Origin: Vicugna vicugna
Lineage: Eukaryota
Direction of reading: 5' to 3'
Length of the DNA: 64,000 bases
Assembly (NCBI GenBank): GCA_013265495.1
Contig: MU057487.1
Coordinates: 496,001 to 560,000 of the forward strand
The notes under the pieces were generated by a model. It had not been told where the DNA came from. It worked only from the letters and a program-made list of their open reading frames with translations, and did not search any database. A program made the position numbers and the translations under genes. Of this stretch, positions 13,631 through 27,519 are shown piece by piece. Positions within the stretch are counted from its first letter, which is position 1. Each line of letters starts with the position of its first letter.

Positions 13631-14849
13631 TATTTGTTGATTAATGGAAAAAATGCAATTCTGTTGTAAATATTTATATTTTAAAAGTGTATTAAAATCA
13701 TCCCTGATCATCAAGGTTCATTCAGCTCATAAACTACCTCCTACATTAAGCTTTTGGGATTGTTCCCCCTTTGTCAATTGGTTATGACTTTTCCTTCCTT
13801 TGAGTTATTCCTCTCTTATAACTCATGATACCCTGTTTTGTATAATTTATGTGCATGTGTGTCTTATGTCTTTGTCTTACATTTCCCACTCCAACCTCTA
13901 GCTCCTGGGGGTGCTAATCCTAAATTCTCATCTTACTTACGTCCCTAGCACCAAGCTATGTCCTCTATGACAGGGAATCAATATATACTCTTTGGATTTG
14001 GAATTTATTTGATGGCCATATCCTGATTAGACTGCAGTGAGATAGTCAAGACCACATGCTGGTCATGCTTTAGATCTACCAGAAGTTAAAAAAAATCCTT
14101 TGCTTAAACTATTTTATTAAAAGAAATTCCCAGTATAAGGCAGTGGGCCATGTTTTCCATGAAACAGAAGTGTATTATCATCTCTTTACTTGGTTGTCTC
14201 TCTTGCTTTCCTTGATAACAAGTACTTATTCAGAATGATGTAATGAAGTGATCTGTCTATCTATAGCTCCTTGAACAATGTCAGAAATAGAATGCTCAAT
14301 ACTGGATAATTATTACTTTATGACATTTAAGTAATCACTATAAACTTTCTAGAATGCTTTTAAATATTGTATAGAATTTTCTGATGGCTATACTAATGGT
14401 ATGGGTGGGCATCAGATGTTCCTCATTAAGACATTGTTCTAAATTTTGAATTTCCTCAGAAACTTCTATCAAGATTCTATTGTATGCCATCAAGAAGTGA
14501 TTTGAGTCACAGCTATCACAGACAGTCTGAATAGCAAGAGTTTTGTCAGATGTTCATTCCATTTCCTAAGAAAGAAAATAATCTTTGAATAAATTTTTAG
14601 ACATTTTTACTTGAAAGAACAGACAATACCCATTAGGCATAATCAAAAATCATCACAGTGGAGCACTTAATGTATGTTCTTTGTGGTACCATAACCATGA
14701 CTGTTACTAGATTCAGCAAATATACCTACCATGGGTGAAGCACTGTGCTGAGTATTTGAAAGCACAGTCTATGAAAATGCTACTTTATAGTTCAATATTT
14801 ATAAAATATTATACTCAAAGAATTTAAACTTTACTCTTCTCTGTTTGAA

Positions 14850-15185
14850 AGGTGGTTTCCAAGGGCCAGGGAGAGGGAAAAATTGGGAGATGTTGGTCAA
14901 GGGGTACAAATCCCAGGTATGTGAAATGAATAAGCTCTGGAGATCTAATGTATAGCAGTGTGGCTATAGCTAACAATCCAGTATTATATACTTGAAATTT
15001 ATTAAGAGGGTAGATCTTAAAACACTTTTACCACAAAAGAAAAGAATAGTTTAATTATGGTGATTATTTCATAATGTATACATATATCAAAATATCAAAT
15101 GGTATACTTTAAATAGATACAATTTTAATTTTTCACTTCTACTTTAATAAAGCTGGAAAAATAAATAATAATAATAAATTTAAAA
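14850..15185 (+). mobile_element. L1MA-type 3' end with A-rich tail
   Basis: ttggtcaaggggtacaaa ... ctggagatctaatgtatagc ... atacttgaaattt ... aataaagctggaaaaataaataataa. Confidence 0.85.
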
Positions 15186-18132
15186 ATAATGCCAGAATTG
15201 CTCTGGTACATAATGCAAATTCATTTTCACTCAAGAATCATTACCAAAAAATGTGCTATGTACTTTCTAAATGAACAGTACACAGGTATCTTTCCTGCAC
15301 TGTCTTTCTAAATGAGCAACATGGAGATAATGATATAATAATTGGTTCTTTTGTTGAGTGCATGTTCTTTGGTGAGTGCTTAAGTATATCATCTTGCCTC
15401 ATTACCTATGAGACACAGAGAAGTAAAGCTGAGAATTAACAGTAGAAATCTCAGCCTAAGCAGAATACTCTTAAGAGTTTTAGCCACTGTGCAATATTGA
15501 TATAATGATTTATTTCAAAAAACAAGTGTAAAATGCTTATTTTTAAAAAATACATCAATCTTCGATACCTGATATTTTATAATTTTCTAAAGAAAATTTC
15601 TTATTATTTACTTGAAAAATTTTAAATACAATTAATATGCAGCCTGACTATGACTTATTTTATGGCATATAGTTCCAAGTGAATATTTCTGTATTATTTC
15701 ACAAAATAGTTGATCTATTCTATTATACATCATTTTATAATATCATAGTGAATTCATAACAATAGTGTATTTGTAACCTCACAAATTGCATTAAATCTTC
15801 ACCTAGAGTGAGGCTATAGTACTGAAATAAGTGTAACATACATCTCACTGTGAGATAGCCACTTGACATATAGCTGAAATTAAAATCTGAAAATTAGGTC
15901 AGTTTTAGACTGCTACAGCCAATGCAGTCTGCAGCCATTTTCAAGCGGATAATAATAAAAATACTCTGATATGTCTGAGGGGTAAGAAATAATAGATAAG
16001 AAACATCATGCCATCATTTTCCCAAAAGATTCATTGAAGTTTTAATTCTTTTTTTTTCTACCTTAGACTTACTCAAGGTATTTGAGATCAATTAGCACAG
16101 GGGAAAAAATAAACAAACCAATGTATATTCCTTAAAGAAAGAATCTTTTCTTCTACCACCCACATTCCTTCTGACGTAGGCTAGGTGAAATAAATTAACT
16201 TGAAATGCTAAGTAAATGATAATATTTTGATACTATCAATTAACTCAAGATAAATGCTGCTCCCCATTCTGACAGGAGCATGAAGCCAGATTTCATGTTA
16301 CCATTGTATAAAAATACAATCATCAATGCATAATTTTGCATGTCTCTAACTCATATTTGCGTGTCCTTCTATAGTTTCAAAGTGAGTTCATGCCTCATAT
16401 TTATTTAATCCTCATAACCTTAAGAGTTAGCAAATAACTTAAAAACTGAAAGAGACAATGGGGGTCATGTAATACACACTAACTTCACAGATAAGAAAAT
16501 CTGAATTCAAGCTCACATTTCAGAGGGCAAAAACCAGAATGGTGGAGGAACTCAGACCAATGAGATCTGATGGACCCTTGTGCCCAAGAAATATTTGCTC
16601 AACTGGATTAAATGGAATAATGTAATGTAGGAAACTAATCTGTTTAAATATGAACAAAGAAATGGTGGGAAAGCAATTTGCATAGAATTGAGACACAAAA
16701 TAATATTAAGGAAGTGTAAATGTACATATTCTTTGCATATAGAAAAATTAAGTTTTATGTTTTAATCCATCACAAGAATTTGCTAGCTGGAAAAATTACA
16801 TTTAGGTGGATAAACTCTTTCCTGAATAGTACGTGATTTCAAGAACTCAAAAAAAAAAAAAAAGGTAAAAAGAGAGAGAGAAAGAACTTACTAAAATTGT
16901 TTTCCTAATAAAAGATTCAGGATGCAACAATTTTTCTTTTCTTTTCTTTATTCTTTTCTTTCCTTTTCATTTTCAAAAAGTCATGCTCGGTATACAAAAT
17001 ATTTTGAACATAAAATGAAGCAGTGCAGAACTCAGTATGTTTTAGCTGTTTCAGCGCCTTTAAATCCTTCATTAAAACTTTGCCTGTTTATCTCAGGCAG
17101 AAGAACCTTCTACATTATGTCAGTATTTTAAGAACAACATTGGAAAGAAATTTTGTTTAACAATGATTTTTCTTCCTAATTAAGGTCTGTGGGAAAGAAT
17201 CCCAAAACAAAAGCAGAAAAAACTCCTATCTCTGAAGGACAGGCTGTCCTGTGGACATAGAGCAGCAGTTACTGATGATCCTCAGAAAGTTTGTACTCCT
17301 CCATCTCCTCCTCTACTTCCTTTTTTGTGACACCTGAGGCTGTTGGTCACAGTTTTGGTCCAGGAGAAACTGACTGGCCTAACATGTGGAAATTAAACCT
17401 ACAAACTCATCTTTATGAACACCATTTTGGGGACGACTACACTTACGGATTCCTTGAATTGCTGAAGTTTTAATATTATACCCAACAAAGAGTATTTTTT
17501 AAAAGAGTAAAGCTCTAGTAATATCCAGTTGAGAAGTTGCCAGGGCCCCCTGGCCAAGAGCCTAGAACCAGACTGTGAGTAATGAGGTGGGAGGGATGTA
17601 TGGCTTTCTAGAGAACCTTGTTGGGAAGCTGGTGGAGGAGGATGGAGGAGGAGACTAGTGGGAAAGGAAATAAAGGGGCCATTTAGGGAGTCCTGGAGAG
17701 AAGGAAGAGAAAGAGCTAAGAGTTCAGAAATGCTTCTGACAGGTAGGTGGTCCTTTGAACGTTTATCTCATTCAAACCAAATAGCTAAGTCTTTAGAAGT
17801 TTGCCTGTCATTAAGTTTTGTAAGCATAGTATTACATTTTCCTAAATGTAGGCTGTTTGTCACCTTAAAAATTGCTAGCTTTGTTTGTGGGAAAGAATGA
17901 AGAGCGGCTGCCCATGTGAGAGACTAAATTTTCTCAGCATGACTATATCCACTAAATGGCCATTTTCAAATGAATTTCATAATTCCAAGTATTGTTGCTT
18001 TATGATTTATAAGCTTTATCATCCATTATAAGGGTCTATAATGGATAAGTAAGACATAATTTCTAACTTCTAAAATGAGATAATGCTTTATAAACTGAAT
18101 AATTCACAGCTTTTGTCAGGGTGTGCATTCCT

Positions 18133-18153
18133 TGCTGTGGCCATGGTGCTGAA
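18133..18153 (-). promoter_or_regulatory. Candidate RE1/NRSE (REST site)
   Basis: Minus strand reads TTCAGCACCATGGCCACAGCA, versus consensus TTCAGCACCnnGGACAGnnCC. Confidence 0.4.
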
Positions 18154-21100
18154 GAAAATGGCAGTCCCTTTTCAATTTTGCCCAGTGACCATCCACTTTA
18201 TATTCTACCAGTGATTGCTGAATTCCAAGTCTATGTCCAGATATACAGTAAAATTAGTTCTGCCTTCTCTTAAGGATATACGTGAATAGTGGATGCATGA
18301 TGTAGGCATCTGACTATTTTCTGCAATCTGATAAGCTCTACAAAGGTCCATATTCCTAAAACATCATTGAAGTGCCCTTGGGGATCACTTTTGAGCTTAG
18401 TATTTTTTAAAATACCAACTCTCCTTAGTAAATTAATATGATAATCTCCTAATACTGTAGCTAGGATTGATTTTATCATATGGGTTTCAAGTCAGCAAAC
18501 ATTTATCAACCACATTTTATGATCGAAATACAAAGTTATTTACTTTATGGGACACAAACAGTTATCCTTGTGCCTAGATAGCTCATAGACCATCAAACTG
18601 TGACTTGCTTAAAGATGGAGTGTCTTTTCTAGTGCCTAGAGTGGTAGAAAAATGAATAGTATTTATTCAATAAATACATTATTGAGTGCTTCCAGTAGAT
18701 TGCTCATGCACAGAAATATCTATGGTCCACAGAGTACATTATGAACAGCATAAGAACATTAAAAATGTTTTGGCAAAGAGAAGATTAATAGAGCCTTCAT
18801 AGAGGATGTTTCATATGCCGTGATTGATGGGCAGGATTTAGAATGCTTGTGGGAAAAGGTTATGGAAATTCTATTAGCATAAACAGTAAAGACTGAGACC
18901 CAGAGATTAAAAATTAAAATATAGATTCTATTTGGGGAATTGACTAGTGCCTCTAGTGAAGAGTGGGTGGGAAGTGGAAAGGAAACAAAGAAACAAAGCT
19001 TGTGACCATGAATGGCATCCTATGAAAGCCTTGCAAAGGAGCATGGACATTATCTAAAACAAGCAAATAGGGAGCTACTTGAACGTAGTAACAAAATGAG
19101 ATCATGGAGTACCTGAAATGCAAAGAAAACATGGAATGATTTGGGGACAAAAGGCAGGTCTTGCCTACAGCACAAGTTGATAAGGCTGGCCTACAGCTCA
19201 ATGAATTCAAGAGGAATGTTGTAGGAATTATTTATTCCAAGAATGTTACATAAATTACTGACTGTCTACATAAGAATTTAAATCTGTGACAAATTTACTT
19301 TTTTACCAAAATCTAGTGTCTTCTTTTTCTTGGTCCTCTGGCACTTTTGTTAAATAACACATTTGGTAACTATATTCAGATGCTCCTGTAAATAGTGTGG
19401 GACTTCCTTGGTGTAAGACTCATATCATGAAGACCCTTAAGCTGATGGGCTGATGTGGAAAACATGCTGTGTGCCCTGGGAGAAGAATGTAGCCCCAGTG
19501 GAGAAGGAGAAAATTTCCATAGTTTACTTATGTGAGAAAATAAGTGATTTGAAGGAGGTATTCTTCAAACATAAAGAAAAACACTGCAAAAGAGTCTGAG
19601 ATTATGCCTTAAATAACTTTATTGTTGATTTTGTCCCCTGTGTCTTCTAAAATCTCAGCAAAATGTTTTGAAATCTGGCCACATTTTCAAAAAGCGGGAA
19701 CACCCACTCATTTGATTCTTGCCCTTACAAACTTTAATTGGTGCCCAGGGCTTATGATGCACCGTTTTCATAGATTTTTAATGGTAGTCACATGCTCTCT
19801 TCTGGTTTCCCCAGATCAAGACTTAGAAAGGGGTCCTTTTATATATCAGAGGGTAAATGCAGAATGCCCCCTTCAAAGGAGACTGCTCAGCAGTACAAAG
19901 GATTGGATTTAATGTTTGGAACTTGCCTGTTTTTTTTCCAAATGGATAATTGGTAGAGGGTTATTAGAAGTAGTTAAATGAAAAGGCAATTATGAGGAGA
20001 CTATGGACAAATCTGCCTTCATTTTTATTTGAATGTTGAAGCATTCACAGTATTTGTTGTGTGCTCGGTGGTAATGGAATTCAACCCTTTATCTTTTGTT
20101 AAAATGTGCTTCAATAATATATGATTATGCAGATTTATAGAAAAGCCTGTATTACAGAGTCAGTCTCTCTGCAATTGTTCTCCTGTTATAACAAATGTAA
20201 AGTCTCTTTCTCTATGTAACTGCAATAAGGATGTGGCCTTTGAATTGCTCAAGGTATCCATATGCATGCATTTTATTTCAGCCACTCAAGTAAAGAGGAA
20301 CCAAACACAGGAATATTACCAACATATCTTCTGAATAAGTAAAACCTTATGGAAGAAAAATGACAAATAACCTACGTCACTATATGTTTAACATTCTATC
20401 TAAATGTTTTTAATTCAATTAACATAAAAATATTTTTTAAATTGCATACCTACATTACATATTATCCAGATATGTGAGCTATTTTCAATAAAAATCAATC
20501 TATATAGGCTATTTTTTTAAATACTGCAAAGACTATATCCTGCATAACTCTTAAGAAATAGAGTAATTTATGAAAGTGATGTTTAACTTAATTTTATGCA
20601 CAAGATACCTAGTTTGGCTACAAAATCTTCTCTGACTAGGACAAGTTCTTATCAACTATTGCTAATCATTTTCATTCTTACAGTATTTTAAAAATGTTTT
20701 TGCAAAAGAGGAAAATGCTTTTAATTGTTTTAAAAGTAAATATAAAAAAGAGAGTCAGTGCTGTTAGGAAGTTTATTTGCATGCCTCAGATTGTTGAATA
20801 TACAGTAGACATTAGTGTTCATCTCACTTCTATGATATAGGCTTAAAATAGGAAAAAGATGTCTGTTTTATGAATGAAGAAACAGAGGGCAATTTGGCTT
20901 AGCTCCTGAGAAGACCCTTTGCTTTAATAGTTACAAGATACTGAAATGCATTAGGACCAGGATCCTGGTGTCTAATTATTCTAAGAAATTGGCATCTAGT
21001 CACACAATACTTCATTGAAACATTTATGTTGAACTGCTGTAAGCATTGTGGGAACTGTAAAGGACCAAATGAAGTGGATATTTATTTCAAAAAGCTAAAC

Positions 21101-21264
21101 TGTAGGAGAAAAAGAATGTAAGGAGTATAGAGATTCAGAAGTGGGAGTTACAATGGGCAGTATAGGCTTAAGTTAGAACTTTTAAAGTAGTTAAAATTTG
21201 GACTGGAGGAGGAAAGAAGTAAGAACATTCAAGTGAGTAAGTGACACGTCATTTACTGGTGGGT

Positions 21265-22110
21265 CAACTTTATCCTGTTAAGGCTTGCCTTTAAGCTTTA
21301 GTAGCATAGGGGTAGACCAGGAATTCCTGACTGCACTGCTGACATTTTGGACTGGGAAATTATTTGTTTTGTGCAGTATAGCATCCCTGTGCATTGTAAC
21401 CCCACCTCTGTTCTCTACCCAGTAGACGCCAGTCACACTCCCCCACCGAACATAATAAATTGTCTCTAAACATTGCCAAAGTTCCCCTGGGAAGGGGTCA
21501 AAAATCACCCTAGTTGAGAGCCACTGATCTAGAGCAGTCATTTCTCTGGGACCAGAATAGCTCTTCTCCTTATATGTGGCCTCAGCAGAATGCTCAGGAT
21601 ATTTAGTGAGGTGTCTCTACTCTGGCTGGTCAGAACTCCAAGGCTTTGTAGCACTGTGTGGTCTCAGTTCAGCTCATAGCCCCTCAATAGTCATATTCTG
21701 TCAGGTCTCATGGAATCTTGCCTTGTGCATTTCATTTTAGTATCCAGGCAAAGACCAGCAGATTGCTTTGCAGATTTGTGGAGCTCCTTCTCAGTGCAGC
21801 TCCCTCATCTGTGTTACTCTGTCTTGCGAATTCCACCAGCACCTGCTACCCTGAACTCTGAATTTAATTTCTTTCACCCTCCAAGGCTTCAGCTCTCTCT
21901 TTGGACTCTGCTGCCCAGTGCAGTGATTTGCATAATGCTCCTTGGCAGAAGGCTGATGTTAATGTGGAAACTGTCTTGTGTGGTTCCCCATCTCAATGAT
22001 CATAGCCCTGAGCTATCTTTTCTCCTATGCTTGAAAACAGTTGCTATGTTTATTTGTCCAGTTTTATTATTATTTACAGTGAGAACTTAACACAGGGTGA
22101 CCACTAGTCT
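21265..22110 (-). mobile_element. Ancient L1M 5'-region fragment, split by MER20
   Basis: Similar to 33370-34140 (aggcttgcctttaagctt ... ctagagcag ... actctggctggt ... gcagctccctc ... tttgtccagtttt). The sequence resumes after the MER20. Confidence 0.6.
21318..21526. mobile_element. MER20 hAT-Charlie MITE
   Basis: actgctgacattttggac ... ctctacccagtagacgccagt ... aaacattgccaaa ... gttgagagccactg, with degenerate NTCTAGAN-type 8-bp flanks. Confidence 0.9.
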
Positions 22111-23559
22111 TTCGTAACTTATTCTCATAACTGACACTCTTTGGAACCTGAATGTTTCCAGTTTGCAAACATGGTCTCGAAAACTTTTCCATTTGTTTAC
22201 TTGTTGTCAGATTGAAGAAGCATCACACAGCCTTTGATACATGCAGGTTATCAGGGACCTGGATTATATGATTTTTCTTTCTTAAAGACATGAGCATTTT
22301 ATGTAATGGATTATATCTCCTTTCTCTTAATTTTACCCATTGCTTCTTTATATTTTTATGTATCTATTTATTTTTAATACCAACCTCACTCACCTCTTCT
22401 TGCCTTTGGGAAATAACTTTATACTAAAAAAGCTACTTTGACTGCAGTTATTTTATTACCTAGGGAGGAATTAACTAACATTTCTAAATAGTGCTCAATT
22501 TTGTTTCAAATGCAACAACAACAACAACAACTTTGGAATAATTAATTTTTGATGAGTACTGTTTTCCCACATTCTTTTTGCTTATAGTTTCTTCTGAGGC
22601 AACCTTTTATGATTGCTAATTTCATCAAAAACCAAATTCTCAGCCTTTTTTTATGACTAGTGTAATAGTGAGTGAAGTAATAAGGAACTTAGGGACCAGA
22701 ATTCCAGCCACAGCTCTGCTTCTGACTAGTTATATTACATTTAGCAAATTTCTTAACATGTTTGGGCTCAGCCTCCAAATTCTTAGTGGGCTAGATGCTC
22801 TCAGATGTCCCTTCCAACTTGAAATCCTATTTTGGATCTTACAGTCACCTGAAATGTGTCTCTTTTCCAAAGCTAGCTAACTCAGGCTCTGAAGGACATT
22901 ACAGTTATTAAAAATGACCTATTAGAGTTATTAAAAATGGTAAAACATAGTCAACAAAGGACAAAATGTGAAAATAATTATGAAAGCAATTAGAAAATGT
23001 TTTAAGTGCTTCAGCAATATAATTTCTACTAAAAATATCATGATTTCAGGGAACAGAATATGGTCTTATTCCTTTTTTATGTATCTGTGTATCTTATGTA
23101 AGGTAGATCTTGAATTCTTTCACATTGTTATGTTTCTGGAAAAGGAAAATGAAGGCTTAAGTCACTTCATGTGACAAAAGGAATATGGTTCTCTTCTTGT
23201 CAAACTGTGGCCTTTTCTGTGACTCTCACTTCCCCTTCACCCATTTCATCTGGACTGTAAATGAATTGCTCCCATCTTGGGCATACACTTAAACTGTAAA
23301 AAGCTGGCATTTGTTCACGTGTGCATTTGCCAACCTTGGGTTGAGTGGAGCTCTGTACTGGGTGCTGTGAATAAGAAACTGCCAAGATACAGATATCTGC
23401 ATGAAAGGAACTCGATTTCCAGTGGAGGAGACTGACAGGGCAGCCAACAATTATAAATCTAGGTGATCAGTGCACACGATACTAGGGAATCAAAGACAGG
23501 AAATCAAATTTAAGACATTTGAAAGGGTTTTTCATTTTGAGATTGGGGTTGAGAGCACT

Positions 23560-23950
23560 TTCAGCTCTGGCTTCTTTCTGGACCTCAAGTAGGCCAAGCT
23601 CTTTTTGTCTCAGTCTTTGCTCCTGCTGCATCTTGTTACTTTCTCTATATCTTCACTTGGCTGGGTTCTTCCATCATCCCAGCTTCAGCTCAAATATCGC
23701 CTTCTTTAAGGCCTTCCCTGTTTATCTTATCCAAAATAGTCTCACCTCCATAATGTAATTCCCTAATACTTTACTTTTTTAGCTATTCACCATGATCCAC
23801 AATGAACTTATTGTGTCATTGTTTATTTGTCTCCCCAAAGCGGTAGGAACCGTTCTGATTACTTTTAGACCCCTATTACCTAGAACATGCCTGGCTCATA
23901 ATAGCCACTCAAAAATATTTGTTGAATGAATAAAAGGCTGAATAAATAAA
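23560..23950 (+). mobile_element. LINE-2 3' end
   Basis: cagctcaaatatcgccttc ... cctagaacatgcctggctcata ... atatttgttgaatgaataa. Confidence 0.8.
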
Positions 23951-24287
23951 GTGATTAGAAGATAAAAAGGCTCTTCTTCTATCTACACCTCTCCAGGAAA
24001 AGTTGGACCCACTAGCGCAGGAAAATTACCCTCAATATCCCATGCTATTGATTCAAAAATACTTACTGAGTCAGGTACTGTTCTAGACAAGTGTTCATGA
24101 TATATAGATCATGTATCATAAAGAGTATTCTCCCTTGTTAAGAAAAAGATTGTTATTGTTTGTTTATTTCTATGGATGTTTAATAATCTTGAACTATACA
24201 AAGACAGGTCTCAAAATGAATTATTTAAATGGAAGCAAAAACAATACTCACAAGAATTATTATAGCATTACCAGTAGCATAAGCTAA

Positions 24288-24722
24288 TGTGATAGATTAG
24301 GTAACTGAGAGACATATTCACTCACCTCCCTTCTTGCTCCAGAAAAGGGTGTGTATTTCTCTGTCTCTTGACTTGGGGATCAGCCACATTACTTGCTTAA
24401 GCCATTGAAGAATTAGCAAACTTAACACAAGAAGGGATTTGAAATGACTTGCACAGTTGGGCTTGTCCTCTTGCACTTCTGCCATCCCCACAAGCAGAGC
24501 TTTGGCACATAACACCTACTCCCTTGCCCTCAGAACATGTCCAAGATGAATACGTATGGAGCAGACTTGAGCAGCAAGGCCAGCTTGAAGCAGAGCATCC
24601 CAACAGGGTCCAGCCTAAATCATCTGAACCCGTTCCACCTGTAGATATGTGAATGAGTGTAAATGTTTGCAGTTTTAAGCACTGATTTTTAACAGGGGTT
24701 GCTGTAATTCATGAATAACCCA
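24288..24722 (+). mobile_element. MaLR LTR (MLT1H/I/J-like)
   Basis: Starts tgtgatag; cttgacttggggatcagccac ... ttgggcttgtcctcttgcacttctgccat ... ttttaagcactga. Confidence 0.75.
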
Positions 24723-25069
24723 TATGCCTATTAGAATGTAAAAATCAGCCAGATACAAGTTCCAAAGTGCTCTTGAACTCCCAAGTTAAGGAATTTAAAT
24801 GTACATGTGACCCTTGGTTTTGTACTGTTGGTTACATGGAAGTTATTTAGGAAAACATCGAATGGGCCCGTGAGCTACAAAGGCACAAGAAGAGGGTTTA
24901 TGGCATACTTATGCAAGAAAAAGAGCAAGTTCTGCCATCAGTAGTCATATTTGCCTTGCCATGTAAAGTTAGTTTAGCATGTTCTAGATGAGCTCTGGGT
25001 GGCCTGTGGTTTGCATCTCCTGTGTTAAATCATGCATTCTTAGATTTTTCTAAGGCGGGGATAAAATTA

Positions 25070-25310
25070 TAATAATACACAAATATTGAACACTTGCTAT
25101 GACAGGCACAGTTCCAAAAGCTCATCATTCATGTAGGACTCTGCAGAAATATGAGATAGAGATATTAATCCCATTTAATAGTTAAGAAAATTAAAGTACG
25201 CATCCCTTAAATAATTTGTCCAAGGGCATAAAGTTAGACAGTGGCATAGATGAAACTTCACTCAAGCAACGTGGTTCCAGGATCTACACGCTTAACCACA
25301 CTGCAGTGTT
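25070..25310 (-). mobile_element. MIR SINE
   Basis: tattgaacacttgctat ... aatcccattt ... ttgtccaaggg ... cttaaccac. Confidence 0.7.
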
Positions 25311-26269
25311 GGAGTATTTCTGGCCTATGATTCATAGATTAGTCACATCATATATTACTCACATATGATACAGAAACATCTGGCTTCTCAGTACTGTTTC
25401 CTTCAAAAATTCCAAATAGCTCAAAATTGATTTTTAAATACTGCAGTTTTGGCAGTTTAAGGTTTGCTAAGTGCAGGTGTTCTGAGTGTGTCCGCTCACA
25501 TTGAGTCCCCGTGGACTGCTTGCTTGAGCTTTTGTCCATCGGAATAGGGAAGGCAGCAGAACATCAAAAATGAGCACACAGGAGGTGGGAATTCTAGGGG
25601 CCCAGGGCCTCAAACTGAGGTAGGAATATGTGAGAAAGCTTAGAGTCACATATCTAACCTTCCCTTTATAGTTAATCAGGAAATGTTGGTTTAAAGATAA
25701 TAAAATTAATATGGTAATAATGTGAATACTCCAGTTTACTAATAAAGATGGGCAATGGCATATTTAAAGTTATTTTTAAAAAGAAAGAAAGAAAAATGTT
25801 CTCCAAAGCTATTATTTTCTGTAGTGGGAAGGTACCGATCTTTTTATCTATAAACACATATATTAAAGAGGGCACCTGCACATGTGTTCTTTGTCCTGGA
25901 TGCTAAAGTAACAATGCATGCTTTGTTACAACAATAATGAAAAAAGAGGCTTTGAAAATTAACTGGTATGAATTTCAGGTTATGTAGATATTGGAACTTT
26001 TAGCTCCAGCCAATCTGCTTTTTTCTCAGTGATGGATAACTTCATGAGAGCAAATAAGATATAAAATGAACAAGTCTTGGTCCCAGGGACCTCACCTAAT
26101 GAGAACGAATTTAGTAATTCACAATGTTCCCTTCAGATCATTCTCTTTCTGCCTTCCACACAGTCACAGAATTTTAAAGATGGAGGAGACTTTCATATCA
26201 TCTAGAAGAATATTTATTCAGTCCTTGAGTTTCATCTGATGGAGAAATGTTGCATTTCCGGGGAGCATC

Positions 26270-26790
26270 TGATGCATATTCTTTACTATTTCAAACTTAA
26301 CATGTCCCACACCCAACTCTTGACTTCTCCTATCTTTGCTTTCCCCATCGCTGTTAATATAACTGTTGCCCAAGTCAGAAATAGAGTCATTCTTGCCTCA
26401 CCCCCTTCATCCCTCACATCTAGTTCACCACCAAGTATTTCTGAGTCTAATTCCAAGTATCTTGTGGATGTCTTTCTTCAGTTCCCTCTGCGTCTATCTC
26501 CTTATGTGTCACAAACTCAGTCCCAGGCACAATAATCTGTCATTCATACTGATTAAATAGGCTCTGACTAATTTCTCTAGTTCCGTCCCTACGCCTCTTT
26601 AATCTGTATCCCTAGGAAGCCAGAGTGTTTTTTTCTCCTTCAATGTAAATCAGATCATTTACTCTCTTCTGTAAAACTCTTCACCCTTCAATAGACTCAC
26701 ATTGCACTTAAAAATAACTATAAACTTTGGCCCTGCATCCTCTGCTTTCCTCATCTCTTTGCACAATGCTTATCTAGGTGACCTTCTTTG
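26270..26790 (+). mobile_element. LINE-2 fragment
   Basis: tcaaacttaacatgtcc ... agttgcccaagtcagaaat-like ... aaatcagatcattt. Confidence 0.65.
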
Positions 26791-26918
26791 ATTGCATTAT
26801 ATATTATTCCCATTACTACTTTAGATTGTTTAAGAATTAAATAACAATACATGTAAAGCTGTTAGAATTGTGCCTTACAGATAGCACTTAATTAGTAGGT
26901 ACATGGTTAGCTATTTTT

Positions 26919-27519
26919 TAAAATGTATACAATTTTTATTTGTCAATTACACCTCAATGAAGCTGGAAAAAATGATCACAAAAGTTTAATTGTGATGTCT
27001 TGACTAAAATAATTTTTATGCTAAAGATATGTCCAACAAAGATTATTAAGTGTTATTACTGAGAGTATTATTTCTTTTTAAATCATTTTTTAAATTAAAA
27101 TATAGTTAATTTACAATGTGTCAGTTTCAGGTGTACAGTAAAGTGATTCAGTTATACATACATATATACATTCTTTTTCATATTCTTTTTTATTGTAGGT
27201 AACAACAAGATATTGAATATTATTCCCTGCGGTATATAGCAGGTCCTTGTTGTTTATCTATTACATATTTAGTAGTGTGTAACAGTTACTCCCAAACTTC
27301 TAATTTATCCTCCCCCATTCTTTCCCCTTTGGTAACCATGTTTGTTCTCTATGTCTCTAAGTCTATTTCTGTTTTGTAAGTAAGTTCATCTCTGTTAGTT
27401 TTTAGATTCCACATATAAGTGATATCATATGATATTTGTCTTTCTCTGTCTTCTTACTTACTGGATTAAAGACCTACATATAAGACCAGATACTATAAAA
27501 CTCCTAAAGGACAACATAG
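26919..27519 (-). mobile_element. LINE-1 insertion with an inverted 5' piece and a probable 3' transduction, inserted into a MIR tail
   Basis: Antisense L1 3' UTR at about 27086-27460. Opposite-orientation ORF2 piece (WIKDL..RPDTIKLL) at 27462-27519. 18-bp direct repeat acat(g/a)gttagctattttt at 26901-26918 and 27514-27531. Confidence 0.85.
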
